64,000 nucleotides of DNA from an uncultured Planctomycetota bacterium (lineage in GTDB: Bacteria; Planctomycetota; Planctomycetia; Isosphaerales; Isosphaeraceae). Under the pieces are notes generated by a model. That model ran no database searches and was not told where the DNA came from. It saw only the letters and a program-made list of their open reading frames with translations. Where the stretch lies: NCBI GenBank assembly GCA_963737655.1, contig CAVTTN010000002.1, forward strand, positions 5,024,001-5,088,000, given 5' to 3'. Shown here piece after piece: positions 24,896 through 34,410 of this stretch. How positions within the stretch are numbered: position 1 is the first letter of the stretch; each line of letters begins with the position of its first letter. Position numbers and translations under genes: made by a program.

Positions 24896-25366
24896 ATGGC
24901 CGCCTCAATCGCCTCGCTGGCCCTGGCCCTGTCGGTCGCCTCGACCGGGGGGATCTTCCACAACAAGGGCGGGGGCTTCATCATGCCGCCCGGTCCGGGC
25001 TACGGTTGGGGATTCCCCAACGGGGCGCCCGACGGCTACGGCTACGTCGACTACGGTCCGTACCTGCCCCTGGGCGCCGATCGGACGCCCGAGTACCACT
25101 TCCCCCGGAACTTCGCCCTGCCGCCGCTTCAACTGGTCCCGAGCACCTATTACAACCCGTATGTGACCCGAGGCCAGCGCTACATTGCCTATGTGGGCTG
25201 CGGAGGCGCCCATCCGGCCGGAGGGCCGCCGATGGCGTCGGCCGAGACGCCGTTCTCCCCCAACGGAGTCCCGCCCTCGGGCGTGCCGGTCGTCCCGCCT
25301 CCGAGGTATTCCGGGAGGACCGAGGCGCCCGCGGTGCCATCGGGCGGGACCGGCCTGATCCCGTGA
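24896..25366 (+). CDS. Hypothetical secreted Pro/Gly/Tyr-rich protein
   Basis: Strong RBS GGAGGAGGAG; hydrophobic N-terminus MAASIASLALALSVAS. Confidence 0.7.
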   Translation: MAASIASLALALSVASTGGIFHNKGGGFIMPPGPGYGWGFPNGAPDGYGYVDYGPYLPLGADRTPEYHFPRNFALPPLQLVPSTYYNPYVTRGQRYIAYVGCGGAHPAGGPPMASAETPFSPNGVPPSGVPVVPPPRYSGRTEAPAVPSGGTGLIP

Positions 25367-25425
25367 GTGTTCGGGTGCATGCAAGGCCCGCTCGTCCGTC
25401 CCACCCGGGACGAGCGGCCTTGCAT

Positions 25426-25519
25426 GGGGTGTAGCTCCCGAATCTGGAGTTTGTTCGGGTGCCCCCGGTTCTTGAACCGGGGGCACCCCATATGGTTCCA
25501 GGATCCAGAGCGATACCCC
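25426..25519. mobile_element. MITE-like element (family C), copy 1
   Basis: Termini GGGGTGTAGCTC...GAGCGATACCCC, central 15-bp stem GGGTGCCCCCGGTTC-TT-GAACCGGGGGCACCC; flanked by imperfect direct repeat CCTTGCAT/CCTTGTAG. Confidence 0.7.
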
Positions 25520-25736
25520 CCTTGTAGTATGCACCCGGCGAGTTTTTTTCGGGGACGATCGAACCAAAGTCCGGGCCCGATCGTAGCCGAAGGGCAGGGT
25601 TTGCCTCCTCGCCTCCCTGTCCGCCTCCCCGGCGGATCTCTTCGCCCTCATTCGCCCCTATTTTGACTTCATCCCCGAGCCGGCTCCGGGCCCGGGGAGG
25701 ATGACCCCCGGCTTCTCCTTGAGAAAGCGTCCCGAG

Positions 25737-26666
25737 ATGAACCGCGACGTCGTCATCGAGACCCGCAACCTGACGAAGGTCTACCGCGACTTCTGGGGCC
25801 GACCCAAGGTCATGGCGCTCAAGGCGTTGGACCTCAAGGTCTACAAGGGGGAGATCTTCGGTCTCCTCGGCCCCAACGGCTCGGGCAAGACCACGACGAT
25901 CAAGCTGTTGCTCGGCCTGTTGTTCCCGACCGAGGGGGACGCCCTGATCTTCGGCGAGCCGACGCAGAACGTCGCCAAGAACGAGAGGATCGGCTACCTC
26001 CCCGAGGAGTCGTACCTGTACAAATTCCTCAACGCCGAGGAGACCCTCCACTTCTACGGCCGATTGTTCAAGATGAGCACGGCCGAGAGGAAGAAGAGGG
26101 TCAACCGCCTGATCGACATGGTGGGCATCACCGCCGCCAAGCACCGGCAGCTCCGCGAGTATTCCAAGGGGATGCAGAGGCGGATCGGCCTGGCCCAGGC
26201 TTTGATCAACGACCCGGAATTGATCCTCCTGGACGAGCCGACCTCGGGCCTCGACCCGATCGGCACGGCCCAGATGAAGGACCTGATCCGCGACCTTCGC
26301 GACACCCAGGGCAAGACGATCGTCCTCTCGGGCCACCTGCTGGCCGACATGCAGGACATCTGCGACCGGATCGCGATCCTCCACCGCGGGGAGCTGAAGG
26401 AGATCGGCAAGGTGTCCGATCTGCTAACGGTGCAAGACATTACGCAGATCAAGACCCGGGACCTGCCGGAGGCGGCCCTGGCCGAGATCCGCGAGGTGGT
26501 GGCGCGTCACGGGGCGGAGCTGGTGGCCGTCGATCACCCGACGACGACCCTGGAAGAGCTGTTCCTGAGGATCGTCCGCGAGAGCGACCTGCACCCGGGG
26601 CGTCGCCGGGTGGCGTCGGACCAGCCGTCCCCCCCGGTGAAGACCGGCGGCGGGATCGATCCCTGA
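25737..26666 (+). CDS. ABC transporter ATP-binding protein
   Basis: Walker [10 protein letters not shown], signature YSKGMQRR, Walker B ILLDEP. Confidence 0.95.
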   Translation: MNRDVVIETRNLTKVYRDFWGRPKVMALKALDLKVYKGEIFGLLGPNGSGKTTTIKLLLGLLFPTEGDALIFGEPTQNVAKNERIGYLPEESYLYKFLNAEETLHFYGRLFKMSTAERKKRVNRLIDMVGITAAKHRQLREYSKGMQRRIGLAQALINDPELILLDEPTSGLDPIGTAQMKDLIRDLRDTQGKTIVLSGHLLADMQDICDRIAILHRGELKEIGKVSDLLTVQDITQIKTRDLPEAALAEIREVVARHGAELVAVDHPTTTLEELFLRIVRESDLHPGRRRVASDQPSPPVKTGGGIDP

Positions 26667-26749
26667 TCCCGGGGTCTCGGGCCGCCGTCTCCGTCCGTCG
26701 ATGCCAACCCTGACGAACATCCCGCGACAATCCCCAATCTGGTGAGGCG

Positions 26750-29164
26750 ATGCTGACGCTCCTGGCACAGGCCCCCGGCGCCCCGGTGGTCGAGATCCCC
26801 GACTGGCTCCAGTGGTTGTTCGTCGTCGGCGAGCCGTCGATCACCGACGGTCGGGCCTTCGGCGGCATCCTGACCTGGGCGAAGGTCCTCGGGCTGTTCT
26901 GCCTGCTGGCCTGGGTGGCCGGCTGGCTCCTGGCCAAGCCCAAGGGGTCCGGCGCGGCCCGGCCGGTCAGCTCGGCCAAGCTGTACTGGCTGCTGGCCGT
27001 CCTCGGGATCGGCCTGCTCTCGGCGTTCCTCGGCGTCCTGGACGAGACCGAGAGGCTGAAGCTCGCCCCGATCGGCCGGTTCAAGCCGGCGACGCTGCTC
27101 GCCGTCCTCTCCGGGGCGGGGATGCTCGCCCTGGTCGAGTGGCAGCTCTGGTCGGTCCTCCTGAAGAGGAAGGCGACGGCCGAACTCGTCGTCCTGGTCC
27201 TGATCCACGCCGCGTTCCTCCTCGGCACCGTCGCGGCTTTCCAGGTCTACCGGATCGACCTGGCTTACGTCCGCGCCCGCAGGATGGACCCGAGGTTCGT
27301 CCACGACTGGACGTTCTACGGCCCCCGCCTGGGCGCCACGTTCGCCGGGCTGGTGGTCCTGGCGAGGATGACGGTGGAGATCCTGGTCGAGGTCGTGAAC
27401 CTCCGGCCCCGGCGGCTGTACGCGATCGCGTGGCAGAGCGTCGTCGAGGCGATTCGGAGGATGTGGGCGCCCTGGGTGGTCCTGGCGCTGTTCATCGTGA
27501 TCCTGGCCTTCACCCACTGGTTCCTCCGGTCCGGGGAGAGGGATGCCGAGCTCAGCCGGATGTACGTGGTCACGCTCACCCTGGTGACGACGGGGCTGTT
27601 GCTGACGATGGTCGGGATCGTGGCGCCGATCTCCCTGCCGACGGACATCCGCACCCAGACGATCTACACGATCGTCTCCAAGCCCGTGAGGCGGTTGGAG
27701 TTAATCTGGGGGCGGCTGATCGGTTACATGGCCCTGGTGACGGTCCTGGTCCTGATTTTCGGGGTGATCAGCCTGGCGTACATCGACCGGACGGTGGGCG
27801 GGAGGATCGAGGCGGCGCGGGCCCTGGCGGTGAAGTACGCCGAGACCAAGCCGGAATACGCGAAGCTCCAGGCCGCCGCGGCCGATCAGCTCGCGACCCG
27901 GTTGTCGGCGAGGGTGCCGGTGAAGGGGACCCTGACGTTCCGCGACGCCAAGGGTCAGGACCGCAAGAAGGGGATCGACGTCGGCCAGGAGCAGGACATC
28001 CGGAGCCACGTCGAGGGCGCGACCCCCGCCCGGGCGATCTGGCAATACGGGGTCGTGCCCGATCCGTTCAACCCCGGGCGGATGCTGGACCGCCGGGTCC
28101 CGGTGTCGGACCTGCTGAAGTCCGGGACGATCGAATGGACGAGGAACCGGCTGATCGACCTGATGGACGCGCAGGCCACCGCCTCGGGAGCCCGGCCCGG
28201 CCGGCCCGTCGGCCGGGGACGCCTCGAAGAAGGCGGTCGAGCAGGGCCGGAGGGCCGAGGAAGCCGCGACCCTGGAGACCGAGCTCAAGGCGCTGGTCGA
28301 CCGCGAGGCCGACCTCAGGGCCGGGCCCGCTCGTCCCCCTCGGCCGAGGCCGCCGAGCTCCGCCGGGAGGCCGACGAGCTCCACTCGCCGCCGATCGCCG
28401 TCGAGATGACCTTCAACATCTACCGGACGACCAAGGGGACCCTGGGCGAGCCGGTCCTGGCCTCGCTCCGGGCCTATAACCCCCGCCCCGGGGCGAGGGT
28501 CCACCGGGCCCTGTTCCCGGTCCGCGAATATTACACCAATCGCCAGTCGCTCCCGGCCGACATCCTCGTCGGCTCCCACGGGTTCCTGACCGTGGAGATC
28601 GGCTGCGAGACGCCCAACCAGTACCTGGGGATGGCCGAGCCGGATTTCTACATCCTCTCCAGCCAGGGCGGGTTCCGGCTGAACTTCATGAAGGGCCTGT
28701 TCGGGATCTGGGTCCAGGCGATGGTCCTGACGGCCATCGGCCTGTTCGCCGGGTCGTTCCTGAGCTGGCCGGTGGCCCTGCTGACGACGATCTTCTTCTT
28801 CCTCGCCGGGGAGCTGGCCTTCGGCATCCTCGCCGAGCTGTCGATGAGGGCCCAGCTCGTCGGCGGAGGCTCGTTCGAGTCGCTGGTCCGGCTCCTGGGC
28901 CACCAGAACATGATGAACACCCTGGCGCCCACGCCCGAGGTGATCGCGGCCAAGACGGCCGATACGCTGGTCGTCCCGGTGATGTCCCGGCTGGTCTACC
29001 TGATCCCGAACTTCGGCGCCATGGACGTCACCAACGCCGTGAGCGACGGCTTCGCCGTGACCTGGAAGGACATCCTCAACCTGATGCTCCTGGGCCTGGG
29101 GTACGCCCTGCCGTTCTCCGTGGCCGGATATCTCATCCTGAAAAATCGCGAGGTGGCCGCATGA
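26750..29164 (+). CDS. ABC-2 type permease with a large extracytoplasmic insert (probable compensating frameshifts ~28190-28330)
   Basis: Multiple TMs, TIYTIVSKPVRRLELIWGRLIG motif, C-terminal LILKNREVAA; the alternative frame near 28200-28320 gives a helical segment DASKKAVEQGRRAEEAATLETELKALVDRE. Confidence 0.85.
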   Translation: MLTLLAQAPGAPVVEIPDWLQWLFVVGEPSITDGRAFGGILTWAKVLGLFCLLAWVAGWLLAKPKGSGAARPVSSAKLYWLLAVLGIGLLSAFLGVLDETERLKLAPIGRFKPATLLAVLSGAGMLALVEWQLWSVLLKRKATAELVVLVLIHAAFLLGTVAAFQVYRIDLAYVRARRMDPRFVHDWTFYGPRLGATFAGLVVLARMTVEILVEVVNLRPRRLYAIAWQSVVEAIRRMWAPWVVLALFIVILAFTHWFLRSGERDAELSRMYVVTLTLVTTGLLLTMVGIVAPISLPTDIRTQTIYTIVSKPVRRLELIWGRLIGYMALVTVLVLIFGVISLAYIDRTVGGRIEAARALAVKYAETKPEYAKLQAAAADQLATRLSARVPVKGTLTFRDAKGQDRKKGIDVGQEQDIRSHVEGATPARAIWQYGVVPDPFNPGRMLDRRVPVSDLLKSGTIEWTRNRLIDLMDAQATASGARPGRPVGRGRLEEGGRAGPEGRGSRDPGDRAQGAGRPRGRPQGRARSSPSAEAAELRREADELHSPPIAVEMTFNIYRTTKGTLGEPVLASLRAYNPRPGARVHRALFPVREYYTNRQSLPADILVGSHGFLTVEIGCETPNQYLGMAEPDFYILSSQGGFRLNFMKGLFGIWVQAMVLTAIGLFAGSFLSWPVALLTTIFFFLAGELAFGILAELSMRAQLVGGGSFESLVRLLGHQNMMNTLAPTPEVIAAKTADTLVVPVMSRLVYLIPNFGAMDVTNAVSDGFAVTWKDILNLMLLGLGYALPFSVAGYLILKNREVAA

Positions 29165-30621
29165 GCCAGGGACCCTCTCCGTCTGCCCCGAAGCCGCCGG
29201 CCACGTCGTCCGCGACGATGGCCCAGGCGGCCCGCAATCGCCAGATCGCCTACGCCCTGGGGATCGTCCTCCTCTTCGGCGCCATGTGGCCCTACAGCGA
29301 GTTCCTCGCCGAGAGGAAGAGGACCGAGGACCTGGGCGAGGCCACCATCGGCCAGATCGACACCGGCGGGTTCATGCTCAAGCTGTTCATGATCGGCGGC
29401 TTCCGCGGGATCGTGGTGAACAAGCTGTGGCAGACGGCCCACGAGTACGAGCGGGTCCACGAGTGGGACAAGCTCAAGAGCAACGTGGACTTCATCACCA
29501 AGCTCCAGCCCCACTTCCTCTCGATCTGGACCTTCCAGGGCTGGAACCTCGCCTACAACGTCTCGGTCGAGTGGGACGCCCCCGAGGACAAGTACGTCTG
29601 GATCAAGAAGGGGATCAACTTCCTCCGCGAAGGCGTCTCCAAGAACCGCGACAAGCCCGACCTGATCTGGGACACCGCCTGGACCTATTACCACAAGCTG
29701 GGGTTCGCCGACGAGGCGATCATCCTCCGCCGCCTCTTCCGCGACGACCCCGACGACGACGGCTCGAACTTCAAGCGCGAGCCGTATCGCCAGATCGACC
29801 GCGACGACAACTTCCTCCTGGGCTGGGGCTGGTTCAAGCTCGCCGTCGACGACGTGGACAAGAACGGGGGCCAGCGGGTCGACACGAACCTGGAGGACGA
29901 CGTCCGCTACGTCGATCGCCCGACCCAGCACAAGGGCCGGCCCGGCGACCTGGCCTTCCGCACCATGCCCGCCCACGCCCAGACCCGGTACGCCGCCGCC
30001 CTGGAGAAGCAGTCGGTCAGGGACATCCCCGCCACCTTCGGCGGCAAGGCCGCCGCCGAATGGGACCGCGCCGACAAGGAATGGGACCTCTTCGGCGAGT
30101 ACGAATGGCCGGCCTTCCGGTACGAGGACCAGCCCGTCCAGGTCGGCTGGTCCATGAAGCCCAAGGCCCTCAAGACCCTCACCGAACCCCAGAAGTACTG
30201 GACCGACCGCTGGGCCGGCCAGACCAACTTCCGGTTCTGGAAGGACCGGTCCCAGACCGAGAAGACCCTCGCCGCCGTCGACGCCCGCGAACTCCTGTAC
30301 AACGGCACCAAGGCCCTGAAGTCGGCCAACTTCCCCCTGGCCGTCGAGATGTATGGCAAGGGCCTGGTCGCCTGGGAGAACGTGCTCAAGGGCCACCCCA
30401 TCTTCCGCAATGACGACCTGAACAAGAAAGACATCCGCCACTACGTCCGCCGCTACCTGCTCTCGCTCAAGCAGATCGGCGAGAAGGAGCCCGAGACCCA
30501 CCCGTTCGAGGACCTCACCAAGGGCCCCGAGCCGGACTACACGCCCGACCCGTTCGACCAGCTCGAGATGACCCGGACCGCACCCCGGACCTCGCCGGGA
30601 GGACCCGCCGGACCGAAGTAG
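29161..30621 (+). CDS. Hypothetical membrane-anchored helical protein in the ABC operon
   Basis: ATGA overlap, one N-terminal TM, LQPHFLSIWTFQGWNLAYNVSVE motif, strong host codon bias. Confidence 0.8.
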   Translation: MSQGPSPSAPKPPATSSATMAQAARNRQIAYALGIVLLFGAMWPYSEFLAERKRTEDLGEATIGQIDTGGFMLKLFMIGGFRGIVVNKLWQTAHEYERVHEWDKLKSNVDFITKLQPHFLSIWTFQGWNLAYNVSVEWDAPEDKYVWIKKGINFLREGVSKNRDKPDLIWDTAWTYYHKLGFADEAIILRRLFRDDPDDDGSNFKREPYRQIDRDDNFLLGWGWFKLAVDDVDKNGGQRVDTNLEDDVRYVDRPTQHKGRPGDLAFRTMPAHAQTRYAAALEKQSVRDIPATFGGKAAAEWDRADKEWDLFGEYEWPAFRYEDQPVQVGWSMKPKALKTLTEPQKYWTDRWAGQTNFRFWKDRSQTEKTLAAVDARELLYNGTKALKSANFPLAVEMYGKGLVAWENVLKGHPIFRNDDLNKKDIRHYVRRYLLSLKQIGEKEPETHPFEDLTKGPEPDYTPDPFDQLEMTRTAPRTSPGGPAGPK

Positions 30622-30660
30622 CCCCGCCCCGACACACCCCTTGCCGAGATCATCGGAACC

Positions 30661-30705
30661 ACGGCCCGCGCCGATCGCCCAATCCGGACGATCGGCGCGG
30701 GCCGT
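30661..30705. terminator. GC-rich hairpin downstream of the ABC operon
   Basis: 17-bp perfect stem ACGGCCCGCGCCGATCG / CGATCGGCGCGGGCCGT; weak U-tract. Confidence 0.45.
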
Positions 30706-31172
30706 CCCGTTTCGGGAATCCGCATGTTGATGGGCTGATGGATTTCGTGGCCCCGCCATGTGCGTCCTTCGGGACTCGTTTCGAGGCCGGGCGACCCGGC
30801 GACCCCTCGTCGCAACGTCTTCGAAGAACGCGGGTTGGGGCGATCACTGAAAAATGGGAAAGAATGTCGCGATCTCCGCGCGCACGAGTCGTTGCGCGCG
30901 GAAAACGCCTTGTTTTTCCGCCGATCCGGCGCATTTCGCGAGGAAAGTGTAGTCCAGTTATTGGATCGCCAAGATCCAGACGTGCCGACTGTTCGAATTT
31001 TTCCGCGTCCGGAAGGCGTCGGATTCTTCCAGATCCGTGGATGCATTTCTCTCGCTTCGGGCGGGCGCTTTCGAGCCGAGGATTCGCTCATCCCCTCATG
31101 CGTGGCACCCGAAGAAACCGAACGTTTGACGACTCGTCTTCGGCGGCAATGTTCGCATTTTTCGCCGTCGTC

Positions 31173-31264
31173 CCCGGGTGGCATGCTTACGTCCTCGTCA
31201 GCATGTCTTCGATTGGGGCCCTGACCGAAGACATGCTGACGAGGACGTAAGCATGCCACCCGGG
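31173..31264. repeat. Palindromic repeat family A, full doublet
   Basis: Nearly identical to the 4101 copy, including the loop TTGGGGCCCTGACC. Confidence 0.9.
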
Positions 31265-31484
31265 TCGGACCCTCATCGGGGCGGCAGGAGATCATGCTTG
31301 ATGAAGCGTTTTGCCCGGCCGAGGCCCGCGGGTTCCCCATCCGGGGCGTTCGTCGCGTGGAGGCGGACGGCTGACCACTGACAACCCGGGGCGGAGTGCC
31401 TACGATAAGGGGGTTGCCGGGCCCCCGTTCGATCGGCCCGTTCTCCCTCGTCTCGACGGACCCCGCCCGATCGGCGGGAAGATC

Positions 31485-32333
31485 ATGACCACGACCGCCC
31501 CTCCGAGGACCGTCCGGGTCGGCCATAGCCCGGACTCCGATGATGCGTTCATGTTCTACGCGCTGACCCACGACAAGCTCGGCGCCACCGGCCTGACCTT
31601 CGTCCACCAGCTCGAGGACATCGAGACCCTCAACCGCCGGGCCCTGGAGGGCGAGCTGGAGGTCTCGGCCGTCTCGATCCACGCGTTTGCGCACCTGGCC
31701 GACAAGTATGCGTTGCTGGCCTCCGGGTGCAGCATGGGGGACCGCTACGGCCCGAAGCTGATCACCCGCGAGCCCGCGACCCTGGACGACGTCCGGGGCA
31801 AGACGATCGCGATCCCCGGGACGCTGACCACGGCGTACCTGACCTTGCAGCTCTGCCTGGGCAAGGACGTGAAGGTCCGGGTCATGCCGTTCGACCAGAT
31901 CCTCCCGGCGGTGGCGGAGGGCCAGGTCGAGGTCGGGCTGATCATCCACGAGGGGCAGCTCTATTACGGGTCGAAAGGTCTTCACCAGGTCCTGGACCTC
32001 GGCCAGTGGTGGTTCGAGCAGACCGGCCTGCCCCTGCCCCTGGGCGGCAACGTCGTCCGCAAGGACCTGGGCGAGGAGACCGTCTCGGAGATCGCCCGGC
32101 TGTTGAAGGCCAGCATCGAGTACGCCCTGGCGAACCGCAAGGAGGCGCTCGACTACGCCCTGAACTACGCCCGGGACCTCGACCCCAAGCTCGCCGACGA
32201 ATTCGTGGGCATGTACGTGAACGAATGGACGGTCGATTACGGACCCAGGGGCCGGGAAGCCGTCCGGACGCTCCTCAAACGGGCCGCCGAGGCGGGATTG
32301 GTCCCCCCGGTGGACGTGGAGTTCGTCGGCTAG
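31485..32333 (+). CDS. mqnD: Menaquinone biosynthesis (futalosine pathway) MqnD-family protein
   Basis: GHSPDSDDAFMFYAL, DIETLN, PGTLTTA, GLIIHEGQL, LPLPLGG, MYVNEWT. Confidence 0.88.
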   Translation: MTTTAPPRTVRVGHSPDSDDAFMFYALTHDKLGATGLTFVHQLEDIETLNRRALEGELEVSAVSIHAFAHLADKYALLASGCSMGDRYGPKLITREPATLDDVRGKTIAIPGTLTTAYLTLQLCLGKDVKVRVMPFDQILPAVAEGQVEVGLIIHEGQLYYGSKGLHQVLDLGQWWFEQTGLPLPLGGNVVRKDLGEETVSEIARLLKASIEYALANRKEALDYALNYARDLDPKLADEFVGMYVNEWTVDYGPRGREAVRTLLKRAAEAGLVPPVDVEFVG

Positions 32334-32381
32334 AAATCGCTCCCTTTGTGCTCCGCAGAAAACCCCATTGAGCAAGAGGAA

Positions 32382-32457
32382 ACGAGTAGGTCCGACTTCA
32401 GTCGGGCCTGCGAAACAAGGGATTCTTGGAGGCCCGACTGAAGTCGGACCTACTCGT
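32382..32457. repeat. REP doublet, GTAG family E
   Basis: 28-bp perfect arms ACGAGTAGGTCCGACTTCAGTCGGGCCT / AGGCCCGACTGAAGTCGGACCTACTCGT; each arm is GTAG plus an internal hairpin. Confidence 0.88.
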
Positions 32458-32500
32458 ATCGATGCTTCGAAGGGGTTTTCTCCAGGGCACTCACTCTGCC

Positions 32501-32595
32501 TTCTCGGGTAACATGCTTACGTCTTCGTAAACATGTCTTCGATTCACACATGTCCGAAGACATGCACACCAAGACGTAAGCATGCCACCCGAGAA
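32501..32595. repeat. Palindromic repeat family A, degenerate doublet
   Basis: TTCTCGGGTAACATGCTTACGTCTTCGTAAACATG...AAGACGTAAGCATGCCACCCGAGAA. Confidence 0.85.
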
Positions 32596-32668
32596 GTACA
32601 TGTTGATCCTGGTCAAGGGCCGCGATTCGACATGCTCAACACGAACCCCGCGAAGCCGTCGCGTCACT

Positions 32669-33448
32669 TCACTTCCGGGCGTCCCATCGGTCCCTCGGGA
32701 CGGGCTCGCCGCCGGAGATCGTCAGCAGGGCGCGGACCGTCTCCGGGGCGGTGTTGGCCGACAGGGTGGTGACCATGCCGTCGGCCGAGAGGACATGGGG
32801 GGCCGAGAAGGAGTAGCCTCCGGCGGGATGATGGCTGGCGATCCCGGCCCGAGAGCGGTCTCCCGGGCGGAATGTCATCGCGTCGAAGGCGAGGTCTCTC
32901 GGCTCCATCCAGTGGATGCCCAGGCCGGCGACTTCGACGACCGTGAGCGTGCCTTCCGGGCCGTCGGCGATCTCGGAGAGGCGGCGCGACGAGCCATCGG
33001 CGGGGAAGGCGGTCCCGCGGCCCTGGACCACCACGTAATCGGCCTCGGCCGATCCCTTCCGAGGAGGGTGGCTCGGGCACCAGAAGGCGTTTTGGACGTC
33101 CGGCCCGTCCAGACGGAGATTGTTCGGGCTGTCCCAGGGCAGGTCGAACCGGAAATCCCTGGCGAATCGGCCGCCGAACCGCCCGTCGGCCCGGTCCATC
33201 TCGGCCGCCACGAGCACCCGCCAGCTAGAGAGCGGCTTGCCCTTCGCGTCGGTCACGAAGGCGGGCGGGAGGCATCCGTACGTGTTCTCGTATTGACCCA
33301 GGGCCACGCCGATCTGCTTGAGGTTGTTCACGCAATGGGCGCATCGGGCGGCCTCGCGGGCCCATCGGCTGTCCCGAGCCACCCCGGCGAGCAGGGCAAA
33401 CAGGGTCCCGGCGAACGCGATATAGGCCATCAAGCGTTTCAGGGACAT
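32669..33448 (-). CDS. DUF1559 (SBP_bac_10) family protein
   Basis: AREAARCAHCVNNLKQIGVAL..Y..LPPA, SWRVL, PWDSPNN, IADGPEGTL, WMEPRD, ADGMV. Confidence 0.88.
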   Translation of the reverse strand: MSLKRLMAYIAFAGTLFALLAGVARDSRWAREAARCAHCVNNLKQIGVALGQYENTYGCLPPAFVTDAKGKPLSSWRVLVAAEMDRADGRFGGRFARDFRFDLPWDSPNNLRLDGPDVQNAFWCPSHPPRKGSAEADYVVVQGRGTAFPADGSSRRLSEIADGPEGTLTVVEVAGLGIHWMEPRDLAFDAMTFRPGDRSRAGIASHHPAGGYSFSAPHVLSADGMVTTLSANTAPETVRALLTISGGEPVPRDRWDARK

Positions 33449-33468
33449 CCCGGGCCTCCCGCGATCGG

Positions 33469-34164
33469 TTACTTGTCGGCCTTCTTCTTGAGCATCTTTT
33501 GAACCATCTGGTCCAGGGCGCCGTGGGGCAGGTCGATGTTGAAGAAGAAGGTCTGGGGCTCGCCGGCGCCTTGCCTGGGTTCGGCCTCCATGACGTCGAT
33601 CCAGTGGCCCTCGGCCATCCGGAGGGACTGCCTCTTGCGGGCGAGCTTCAGCGAGTCCAGGAAGAGGTATTCCTCGTCGATGAAGAGGACCTCGATGGGC
33701 TTCTCAATCGTGGTGCCGCGGCCGGGGACGAAGAGGGTCGAGGCGATCCCCTCGGCGAACGCCTGATGGAGGGCTTTTTTGTCGGCCTGGCCGGTCCTGT
33801 CGTAGAGGACGGCGGCCAGCCCGTGGGCGTCGAGCCTCATCCAGCCCTCGCGGTCCATCAGTGTTTCCAGGGCCGTGACGGCGGCCTGATCCTCGCCCTT
33901 CTGGGCGAGGTCGCGGACCGCTCCGAGCTCCTTCCGCCAGTCCACGTTATAGGGCTGGTAGCGGTCGGTGGCGGCGAAGGCGTGGCGGAGGGCCGTCCAG
34001 TCGGCTTTCCCGGGGGCTTTCTTGGCGGAGGCGAGCAGGTCGTCGAACGCCCGATCCGCCTTCGGCTTCGGCTTCGGGTCGTCCTGAGCCCGGCACGCCG
34101 AATCGGTGAACGAGGCCAGGGCCCCGGCGATCAGGAGCCATCGGACGGCGATTCGCGGGGGCAT
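33469..34164 (-). CDS. Secreted hypothetical protein, DUF4919-like
   Basis: Signal peptide ending CRA|Q; LRHAFA..YQPY, GRGTTIEKPIEVLFIDEEY, FFFNID. Confidence 0.6.
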   Translation of the reverse strand: MPPRIAVRWLLIAGALASFTDSACRAQDDPKPKPKADRAFDDLLASAKKAPGKADWTALRHAFAATDRYQPYNVDWRKELGAVRDLAQKGEDQAAVTALETLMDREGWMRLDAHGLAAVLYDRTGQADKKALHQAFAEGIASTLFVPGRGTTIEKPIEVLFIDEEYLFLDSLKLARKRQSLRMAEGHWIDVMEAEPRQGAGEPQTFFFNIDLPHGALDQMVQKMLKKKADK

Positions 34165-34410
34165 CGGGGCACCTCGTCGAGGGGGGAGTCGCGAGTCGGG
34201 AGAGGCCGAGGGCTCGATTCTGAAGGCCCCGACGGCGGAATTCCACGAGATTTTTCGGGCCCCGGGGCGGTTTGGCAAGGAGAGGCGCGGGCCCGATCCC
34301 GGAAACGGGGCCCACCCCCCTGCCCTTTGCGAAACTTGCCTGATAGACTCGTCCGGCCCGGCCCTCTCTCCCGGTCATCCCTCGTCGCTCCATCCACCCG
34401 GAGAGTCCCG

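Noticed and set aside
20648..25366. 1572-aa plus-strand ORF and other long antisense ORFs (e.g. 34375-37383, 47381-50182, 11811-14309)
   Set aside because: Shadow frames of real high-GC genes on the opposite strand; only the last 156 codons (24896-25366) look like a real gene
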